In this document: positions 27,357 through 34,510 of the stretch, in pieces
How positions within the stretch are numbered: the stretch's first letter is position 1
How the letters are laid out: each line of letters begins with the position of its first letter
NCBI GenBank assembly: GCA_964401055.1
Contig: CAYNWW010000001.1
Coordinates: forward strand, 105,003-169,002
Length of the DNA stretch: 64,000 nucleotides
Direction: 5' to 3'
Origin: an uncultured Candidatus Saccharibacteria bacterium
GTDB lineage: Bacteria > Patescibacteriota > JAUYIX01 > CAYNWW01
The notes under the pieces: model-generated
Databases searched by the model: none
Seen by the model: only the letters and a program-made list of their open reading frames with translations
What the model was told of the DNA's origin: nothing
Translations under genes and position numbers: made by a program

Positions 27357-29711
27357 CTATTTTTGTGCTGCGACAAAGATGCCGCCACGAAATTTCCCAT
27401 CAAGACTCATAAAGTTGGAGGCGCTTGCCTTGCCAGTTGCAGAAAAGACACGTACTTGTGGACCGCCGCCCGGTCCTGCGCCAACTATGAGTTCGGTTAT
27501 TCCGTTGTTGTCAATGTCTCCGATCGCGATAGTGGCACCTCCAGTAAATCCGGCCGGAAACGCGCGGAAATTTGCAAGCACTTTTTGCGCTGAATTGTAT
27601 TGATAGAGCTTGCACCACGCCTCCTGTCCGGCGCCTAGGCAAGCTCCGATTTCCGCGCGTCCGTCGCCGTCGGTGTCTCCGGCTGCGACCGCAACGCCTG
27701 ACCGAGCTGATGGATCAAATGCTATGATTTCAATCGGTCGCTTTTTCCCTGCGCCATCAAACACTCGGATCAAGGCTTTTCCACCCGGGCCTTGACCTAC
27801 GATCACGTCGGCAAGACCGTCTTTATTCATGTCGCCCATAGCCACAGATGCCCCATATTCGTCTGCGCCAAATGCATTCCATTCGGCGATTACCGTTTTT
27901 TTGTTATTGTAGCGATAGATTTTACACCATGCTTGACCAAGTGATGCTTGACAGGCGGTGATTTCATCTTTTCCGTCTCCATCGACGTCGCCAGTCGCCA
28001 CGTTGACACCGCCTCGAAAGCGCGTGTCAAAGGCAAAAAATTGAATTCCTCGCAAAGTTCCATCTTTTTCAAATACGCGAATTTGCGGTCCGCCTCCTGC
28101 GCCTGCGCCCACTATAATCTCATCTTCATCGTCACCGTCGATATCGCCAAGTGCGACATGCACTCCGCCATGAAATCCGCCGGTACCAAACGCAGCAAAG
28201 CTGGTCGATGTCGGACTGCCTTTTGGAGTGTATCCACGAACTTGAGTCGAATCCCCTGCGCCAGCACCCACAACAATTTTTGTGCCGTTGGCACTGATGA
28301 GGGCGCTCGATCCCTGCACGGCTTTTAGTGCGTTAATGCGGCCTGATCCAAGTTTTCCTGCATAGGCCGGATTCTTTCCAGCAACGCTATCTACAGATGA
28401 GAGCAGCTTGGTGCGAATTTGAGCCGCTGTCCATGTCGGGTGCTGGGATTTAACAAGTCCGGCAACACCTGCTACAATCGGCGCCGCCATTGAGGTGCCG
28501 CTGAAGTTGGCATAATAATCGGTGAAACCGTGACTTGGGTCATGAAACACGCCGGCGAGGATGGATTCTCCGGGCGCTGCGATGTCTACGCAGCCGGCGC
28601 CGTAGTTGGAAAAGCTTGCTTTGGTATCTGTGTCGTCGAGAGCAGCAACGCCGATCACGTTGTTACTGCCATCGCCGCCGTCATTGCATACTGGTGATTC
28701 GCGAACTTCATCCAAATTGCTTCCTTCGTTGCCGGCGGCTGCTATGACAATCACGTTGTGAGCGGCTGCGTTTTTGATGGCATCGTCGATTGTGTTTGAG
28801 TAGCTGCCGCCGAGACTGAGGTTGATAATAGACGCGCCATGTGCAACCGCCCAATCAATTCCGTTTGCAATGTCGAGATAGGTACCGTTGCCCTCGTCGT
28901 CCAGCGCTTTGATTGGCATGATGCGACAGCTCCAGCAGACACCCGCAATTCCTTGTTTATTGTTGCTTTCTGCAGCTGCGGTGGTAGCGACGTGTGTGCC
29001 GTGTTCTGTACCGCCATCAATGATGCCATCGCCATCGTCGTCGGTGCCGTTTGGTGTTGGACTGGTGGTGTCAGCGTTGTCGATTGCGTTATACCCTGCA
29101 ACCAGTTTGTTTTTGATATCCGGATGTTGCGCATCCACGCCGGTGTCCACTATAGCAATAATCACAGATGAACTGCCCGTGGTCGCATCCCATGCAGTGG
29201 CAGCTTTGATGTCTGCGCCTTGGGTGCCACCGGTCTGGCCGCTATTGCGCAGCGCCCATTGCTCGCCATACAGCGAGTCGTTGGGTGTCTTGGTCATGCG
29301 GACGAGGCCGTTGGGTTCGGCATAGGCAACTGCCGGATTGGCATTGTATTGGGCAAGTGCGGCGGCAACTTGCTGCTGATCGGCAACGGTAATTTTATAT
29401 AACCCTGTTCGCTGTTGACTCACGGATTGGACGGAAAAGTCCTTTCCTTGGTGAGTGAGTGCGGCACTTTGGACGCCGGCGCCGGTAAATTTGACCAGAA
29501 TATCGCGTGAGGCTGTTTCGTGTGCGCGAGCAACCGGACGCGGTCGTGAAGAAACTGCGTCAGAGTGTTGTTGGATAAGAGAAGAAGTGAGCCGGCGCTC
29601 TTGCTCGCGTGAATATCCAAAAACGCCAACGCCGATCATGACAACAACGATGACTCCGATAATAAGATGTTCTGCGTTTTGTTTGAAAAATTTACCGACT
29701 GATGAATGCAC
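27357..29711 (-). CDS. Membrane-anchored subtilisin-like serine protease (S8) fused to FG-GAP repeats (paralog of the preceding gene)
   Basis: 784 aa with an N-terminal signal anchor. The S8 motifs are IVDTGVDAQHPD, HGTHVATTAAA and GTSMAAPIVAGVAGL, followed by repeated GDIDGDDEDEII-type FG-GAP units. Confidence 0.8.
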   Translation of the reverse strand: MHSSVGKFFKQNAEHLIIGVIVVVMIGVGVFGYSREQERRLTSSLIQQHSDAVSSRPRPVARAHETASRDILVKFTGAGVQSAALTHQGKDFSVQSVSQQRTGLYKITVADQQQVAAALAQYNANPAVAYAEPNGLVRMTKTPNDSLYGEQWALRNSGQTGGTQGADIKAATAWDATTGSSSVIIAIVDTGVDAQHPDIKNKLVAGYNAIDNADTTSPTPNGTDDDGDGIIDGGTEHGTHVATTAAAESNNKQGIAGVCWSCRIMPIKALDDEGNGTYLDIANGIDWAVAHGASIINLSLGGSYSNTIDDAIKNAAAHNVIVIAAAGNEGSNLDEVRESPVCNDGGDGSNNVIGVAALDDTDTKASFSNYGAGCVDIAAPGESILAGVFHDPSHGFTDYYANFSGTSMAAPIVAGVAGLVKSQHPTWTAAQIRTKLLSSVDSVAGKNPAYAGKLGSGRINALKAVQGSSALISANGTKIVVGAGAGDSTQVRGYTPKGSPTSTSFAAFGTGGFHGGVHVALGDIDGDDEDEIIVGAGAGGGPQIRVFEKDGTLRGIQFFAFDTRFRGGVNVATGDVDGDGKDEITACQASLGQAWCKIYRYNNKKTVIAEWNAFGADEYGASVAMGDMNKDGLADVIVGQGPGGKALIRVFDGAGKKRPIEIIAFDPSARSGVAVAAGDTDGDGRAEIGACLGAGQEAWCKLYQYNSAQKVLANFRAFPAGFTGGATIAIGDIDNNGITELIVGAGPGGGPQVRVFSATGKASASNFMSLDGKFRGGIFVAAQK

Positions 29712-29721
29712 GCGCGAGCTG

Positions 29722-30786
29722 TTAGAGTTCGATTTCTGAATTATCTCCGGCCACGATTCGATGACCGTGAGGAAGTGTTGTCAAGTGTGAAGATATGCGA
29801 CAATTGGATCCGATGAGTGAGTTGACAATGCGCTGCCCCGCAGAAATTTGCGAGCCATCCATAATAATTGAGCCATCAACTTCAGTTTCATTGACATGCA
29901 CGCCGTTTCCAACAGAAGTATAGGCACCGATGAAGCTGTGATCGATGACTGCGTCGCGGCCAATGATGACCGGGCCTTGGATGCGTGATCCATTCAAAAT
30001 TTTTGCGCCTTTTTCAATGATAACGCGGCCCTTGACTGACGAATCCGCTGACACTTCCCCTTCGCGGCGGTCGTGAATTTCATCCAATACCAGCTGATTG
30101 CCTTCGAGCAAATCTTCCGGTCGACCGGTGTCTTTCCAAAATCCTTCCACCTTGGAGCTTTGGACTTTTTTACCATGATCCATGAGCCATTGAATGGCGT
30201 CGACGATCTCGAGCTCGCCGCGTGCAGATGGCTTGATTTGGCCTGATGCTTCGATAATGCTCGGGCGGAAGGCATAAATGCCTACCACTGCGAGATTGGA
30301 CTTTGGTTCTTTTGGCTTTTCTACCAAGCGGCTGATAGTGTGATCCGGATTGAGTTCGGCTACGCCAAATGAGGACGGGTTTGGCACTTCGGTGAGCATA
30401 ATGCTTGCTTCTTCGGTAAAGTTGGAGACAAATTTTTGAATACCACCACGGAGAATATTGTCGCCGAGATACATGACAAAAGGATCGGCGCCGAGGAATT
30501 CGCGCGCGATCAAAATACAGTGTGCAAGGCCGCGTGGTGCGTCTTGTTCGATGTAGGTAATGTGGGTGTCTGCGCCCCAACGATCACCTGTTCCAACGAC
30601 TTGCTTGACTTGTTCTTTGTTGGGACCGACGATGATGCCGATGTCATGGATGCCGGCATCGACGAGGTCTTGGATCACGTAAAAAATAATCGGCCGGTTC
30701 GCGATCGGGACGAGTTGTTTTTGGGTGGTGTAGGTAATCGGGCGGAGGCGGGTTCCGTGGCCGCCGGAGAGGATGAGGCCTTTCAT
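29722..30786 (-). CDS. rmlA: Glucose-1-phosphate thymidylyltransferase, long form with C-terminal left-handed beta-helix
   Basis: It starts MKGLILSGGHGTRLRPITYTTQKQLVPIANRPII and is 354 aa with a hexapeptide-repeat tail. It is co-located with rmlB and rmlD. Confidence 0.75.
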   Translation of the reverse strand: MKGLILSGGHGTRLRPITYTTQKQLVPIANRPIIFYVIQDLVDAGIHDIGIIVGPNKEQVKQVVGTGDRWGADTHITYIEQDAPRGLAHCILIAREFLGADPFVMYLGDNILRGGIQKFVSNFTEEASIMLTEVPNPSSFGVAELNPDHTISRLVEKPKEPKSNLAVVGIYAFRPSIIEASGQIKPSARGELEIVDAIQWLMDHGKKVQSSKVEGFWKDTGRPEDLLEGNQLVLDEIHDRREGEVSADSSVKGRVIIEKGAKILNGSRIQGPVIIGRDAVIDHSFIGAYTSVGNGVHVNETEVDGSIIMDGSQISAGQRIVNSLIGSNCRISSHLTTLPHGHRIVAGDNSEIEL

Positions 30787-31640
30787 GAGTGAGAGTGATA
30801 GTTGTTCAAATAATCCTTCAGCGCCGCTTTCCAGCTGCGCAATGGCTTGAGCTTGGTATTGTTGAGAACGGAATATTCCGGGCGGCGTGCCGGGCGTGGA
30901 AATTCGGCTGTGGTACAGGGATTGACCGTGACGCGCGTGTTGGTTTGACGGAAAATTTCTTGGGCGAATTCAAACCATGTGCATTCGCCGGAATTCGTCA
31001 CGTGGTAGATGCCAAATGGCGCCTTTTTTTCCACGATGGCGCGGACTTGGCGCGCGAGATCGCGGGTAAATGTCGGGCGGCCGTGCTGGTCGTTGACTAC
31101 GCTGAGTGTATCACGCTCGGATGCGAGCTTCAACATGGTGTCGACGAAATTTTTGCCGCGCGCGCCGTAGAGCCAGGCGGTGCGGATGATGTAGGCGCGG
31201 TCGGTTTGTTCTTGCAGGAGTGTCTCGCCGCGGAGCTTGGACACGCCGTACATACTAAGCGGGCCGAGGTGTTCGCGGTCGTCTTCGTCATAGCCTTGGG
31301 TGCGTGTGCCGTCAAAGACGTAATCCGTACTGAAATGCACCACGGTCGCGCCGATTTTTTCTGCGGCCGCTGCGATGTTGCCCACGCCTTCCCCATTGAC
31401 GTTCATGCACGCGTCTTTTTCTGTTTCGCAGGCGTCGACGTTGGTAAATGCGGCTGAGTTGATGATGACGTCGGGTCTCGGGTTGAGTGAGGTGATTTTT
31501 TGTTCAGTCGCGGCGGCGTCGGTGATGTCGATTTCATCGCGATCCCAGCCTATCGGTTTCCAGGCGGCAAATTCGTCCATCAAATCCTGGCCAAGCATGC
31601 CGCGCGCGCCGATGATCAACAGATGCGGATGTTGTTTCAT
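30783..31640 (-). CDS. rmlD: dTDP-4-dehydrorhamnose reductase
   Basis: It starts LLIIGARGMLGQDL and is 285 aa with an SDR fold. Its 4-nt overlaps with neighbours fit the rml context. Confidence 0.85.
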   Translation of the reverse strand: MKQHPHLLIIGARGMLGQDLMDEFAAWKPIGWDRDEIDITDAAATEQKITSLNPRPDVIINSAAFTNVDACETEKDACMNVNGEGVGNIAAAAEKIGATVVHFSTDYVFDGTRTQGYDEDDREHLGPLSMYGVSKLRGETLLQEQTDRAYIIRTAWLYGARGKNFVDTMLKLASERDTLSVVNDQHGRPTFTRDLARQVRAIVEKKAPFGIYHVTNSGECTWFEFAQEIFRQTNTRVTVNPCTTAEFPRPARRPEYSVLNNTKLKPLRSWKAALKDYLNNYHSHS

Positions 31641-32182
31641 AGTGTTGGGATAAATGGTTTGGCAATGGCGAGGGCGGCAAGGGTCATCCCCTCTTTGCTT
31701 TCGTCTTGGAGTAGGGTGCGCATGACGTCTGCGATGGGTAGGGTGACCACCTCAATGTCTTCGGTATCATCCGGTCGCGCTGATTCTTTGTGCAACTCGC
31801 GCGCGAGAAACACAAACGATTTTTCGCGGACGATGCCATTGCAGGGGACAAAATATCCGAGCGGTGTCAGTGTGCCTGCGACATAGCCGGTTTCCTCGAC
31901 GAGTTCGCGGGTGGCTGCGGCCTCGGGAGTCTCGTCTTTGTGAATTCCGCCGATCGGCAATTCGGTGCGCACGGCTTCGTCAAGGTAGCGGTATTGACGG
32001 ACAAAAATTATCTTGTCGTCGATGATCGGCACAATGGTGACGGAATGATGAGTGTTGACGGGATAATAATGAATTTGTTTGCCGTTGGGCAGCTCGACTT
32101 CTTCGTCGGTAATCCAGTACCAATTGTTTTGGTAGATCGTGCGTTCGGAGATTTTGCGCCAAGGCTTAAGAATTTTTGCCAT
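31637..32182 (-). CDS. NUDIX hydrolase (NDP-sugar/ADP-ribose pyrophosphatase-like)
   Basis: The Nudix box is GGIHKDETPEAAATRELVEETG. The start was chosen at the ATG at 32180-32182 (MAKILKPW), 13 nt after the rmlB stop. Confidence 0.75.
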   Translation of the reverse strand: MAKILKPWRKISERTIYQNNWYWITDEEVELPNGKQIHYYPVNTHHSVTIVPIIDDKIIFVRQYRYLDEAVRTELPIGGIHKDETPEAAATRELVEETGYVAGTLTPLGYFVPCNGIVREKSFVFLARELHKESARPDDTEDIEVVTLPIADVMRTLLQDESKEGMTLAALAIAKPFIPTL

Positions 32183-33200
32183 AGTGCTCCTTGTAATACG
32201 CCGCAAATTCCCCGGATTTAATCGGTTTCCACCAGGATTCGTGCGCGCGGAACCAGTCGACTGTCTGAGCAATACCCTCTTCAAATGTCACGCGTGGCGC
32301 CCAGCCGAGCGCGCGGATTTTGGCGGTGTCGACAGCGTAGCGCTGGTCGTGGCCCGGGCGAATTCCTTTTTTGTAGGTGATGAGTTTTTCTGACGCACCG
32401 GTGAGGCGGATGATGGTGCGCGTGAGTTCGAGGTTGGTGATTTCGGGCTGTTGACCGGCGCCGACGTTGTAGATTTCACCGACCGTGCCTTTGTGCAACA
32501 CGAGGTCGATCGCGCGGCAATGGTCGGTGACAAAAAGCCAATCGCGAATTTGCGAGCCGTCGTCATAGACCGGCAGTTCGCGTGCGGCGCCCGTGAGAGA
32601 CTCGAGCGCGTTGGTTATGAAGAGCGGGATGATTTTTTCCGGATAATGAAAAGGCCCGTAGTTGTTGGTGCACCGCGTGATCATGACCGGCAGGCCGTAG
32701 GTGCGGTGCGCGGCAATGACTTGGAGATCGCCGCCAGCCTTGCTTGCGGCATAGGGACTGGATGGCTTGAGCAGATCGGTTTCGCGTGCAAATGCTCCGT
32801 CGTGCATGTCGCCGTAGACTTCATCGGTACTGATTTGGATAAATTTGCTGATGTTGTGTTGACGTATGGCGTCGAGCAAGGTAAATGTGCCGAGGACGTC
32901 AGTCAGAATAAAATCACCCGCGTTTTTGATGGAGCGGTCGACATGCGTTTCGGCTGCGAAGTTGATGATGGCATCTGGCTTGTTTGAAGCGAGGGCGCGA
33001 TCAACGGCCGCTGCATCTCGAATGTCGCCTTTGATAAATATGTATCGCTTGTCGCTTGCAATATCTGCGAGATTTGCCGGATTTCCGGCATACGTAAGCG
33101 CGTCAAAATTGGTGACGCGGTAGTTGGGATAGGTCGCGAGGATGTGGCGGATAAAATTGCTTCCGATAAATCCGGCGCCGCCGGTGACAAAAAGGTGCAT
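32166..33200 (-). CDS. rmlB: dTDP-glucose 4,6-dehydratase
   Basis: It starts MHLFVTGGAGFIGSNFIRHIL and has the YAASKAGGD (YxxxK) motif. The start was chosen at the ATG at 33198-33200. The track's N-extension begins at a GTG inside the repeat element. Confidence 0.85.
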   Translation of the reverse strand: MHLFVTGGAGFIGSNFIRHILATYPNYRVTNFDALTYAGNPANLADIASDKRYIFIKGDIRDAAAVDRALASNKPDAIINFAAETHVDRSIKNAGDFILTDVLGTFTLLDAIRQHNISKFIQISTDEVYGDMHDGAFARETDLLKPSSPYAASKAGGDLQVIAAHRTYGLPVMITRCTNNYGPFHYPEKIIPLFITNALESLTGAARELPVYDDGSQIRDWLFVTDHCRAIDLVLHKGTVGEIYNVGAGQQPEITNLELTRTIIRLTGASEKLITYKKGIRPGHDQRYAVDTAKIRALGWAPRVTFEEGIAQTVDWFRAHESWWKPIKSGEFAAYYKEHYGKNS

Positions 33201-33244
33201 AATTTTTGAGTGAGAGATATAGCTGTAGAATAGCTCGGTTGACA

Positions 33245-33336
33245 CATTTTTTCAAATGAAAAAACAGCGGGAACACAGATATTGATCTGTGCTCGCCGCT
33301 GTTCTGAATGTGTTGCTGATTTTGCGGTGCGGGAAA
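33245..33336. repeat. Direct repeat copy A (87-92 nt, contains a minus-strand intrinsic terminator)
   Basis: It is near-identical to 34387-34478, with 2-3 mismatches. On the minus strand the hairpin AACAGCGGCGAGCACAGATCAATATCTGTGTTCCCGCTGTT is followed by TTTTTTCATTTGAAAAAATG. Confidence 0.7.
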
Positions 33337-33591
33337 CTATTTTTTGCTCAAGGCTTGCAGGCATGTGTTGCGCTCCGACTCCAGATCTTCAATAAATGCA
33401 TTTGCTATGGACTGCTCCTTATTTAGACCCATGATGCGGATTGCAAGAAGGGTGTTACCTAGGATGCTAATCAATAATAAAATAGTTGCGATTGATAACT
33501 GGGTTTTTTCGTTCATGAGTAATTGTGTTGATAAAATAAAAATGTGAGGAAGAGTGGCTGAAGCATATTCGCCGTCAGAATTCTTCCTCAT
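33337..33591 (-). CDS. Small hypothetical membrane protein
   Basis: An 84-aa ORF, or 59 aa from the internal ATG at 33516, with one TM helix (LSIATILLLISILGNTLLAI). It lies in a low-GC cassette. Weak call. Confidence 0.3.
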   Translation of the reverse strand: MRKNSDGEYASATLPHIFILSTQLLMNEKTQLSIATILLLISILGNTLLAIRIMGLNKEQSIANAFIEDLESERNTCLQALSKK

Positions 33592-33607
33592 GAGTATAGC
33601 TTGTTGT

Positions 33608-34252
33608 CTAATATTTGCGTATCACAATGGTATCCATGTACAAGAAAAGATACACTGGGAGGCAAATATAAACGTTATAATTGTCGCGCTGCCCGTCCTT
33701 TGTCTGCTCATACACGCGAGATCTGAACTTTCCCAGATGAGTGAGCGCCATATAGAGGCGCACGTAATCGCTTGATGATGTCCACTTTAGCAATGGTCTG
33801 AGCTCAGCCAAGCTTTCGGCATGGTTTCCCAAATAAAAGCTAACCATCGCATCATCGCTATCGCTGCCACAATCACCAGGTTGAAAGCGATAACAATTTG
33901 GACCCACCTGGTATTTTAGTCCTGACGTAGTAGACCTTTCTTCAATATCCTCCTTCGCCCAACTTGCACCCCAGTAACCCGGCGCACAGAGTGGTAATGA
34001 AGAAGTTTGCGTATTTACTAGATTGTCATCAAGTTCCGGGTAGATATTCTCGCGCTCCATAGTTGCTAAGACTTGTCTCTGTTGATGGGTTGGCAGTTGC
34101 TTGATTACATTGAGGTCTCCTGTGACAACCTGGTTGATGTAGTCGAGCAACTCGTTTCCGCTCAGCAGTTGTTCGTTCCGCGCATATGCAATTCCTGCGC
34201 CAATGCTTATGGCGAGCATAAACAGGCCGATTCTTTTGTATGCGAACTTCAT
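33608..34252 (-). CDS. Secreted hypothetical protein
   Basis: The signal peptide MKFAYKRIGLFMLAISIGAGIAYA follows the ATG at 34250-34252. The protein is Cys-containing and sits in a low-GC region. No family recognised. Confidence 0.45.
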   Translation of the reverse strand: MKFAYKRIGLFMLAISIGAGIAYARNEQLLSGNELLDYINQVVTGDLNVIKQLPTHQQRQVLATMERENIYPELDDNLVNTQTSSLPLCAPGYWGASWAKEDIEERSTTSGLKYQVGPNCYRFQPGDCGSDSDDAMVSFYLGNHAESLAELRPLLKWTSSSDYVRLYMALTHLGKFRSRVYEQTKDGQRDNYNVYICLPVYLFLYMDTIVIRKY

Positions 34253-34386
34253 CGTTATTCCTCCATCTCGGTGACCAGTCATTGATCACCACGAGTAGAT
34301 TGTAGCAATAGAAGATAAAATTATAATAAAAATATGTTAAAAAAATGATAAAATTTTTTCTGTCCTGTGTATAACTCTATTATTCG

Positions 34387-34478
34387 AGCCGGCTGAGGCA
34401 TTTTTTCAAATGAAAAAACAGCGGGAACACAGATATTGATCTGTGCTCGCCGCTGTTGTGAGTGTGTTGCTGATTTTG
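34387..34478. repeat. Direct repeat copy B (contains a minus-strand intrinsic terminator)
   Basis: Same sequence as 33245-33336, located 27-38 nt downstream of the stop of the 792-aa surface protein gene. Confidence 0.7.
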
Positions 34479-34510
34479 CGGTGCGCGAATTCCTCCTAAG
34501 GAATTTTTTA

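Noticed and set aside
33198-33245. Longer RmlB N-terminus starting at GTG 33243-33245, and longer N-termini for WrbA, the methyltransferase, GalE, NUDIX, CapA and the ABC permease
   Set aside because: The extensions lack family similarity. They also overlap upstream genes or the 87-nt repeat, or collide with the divergent wzx start in the WrbA case. Internal ATGs give canonical N-termini.
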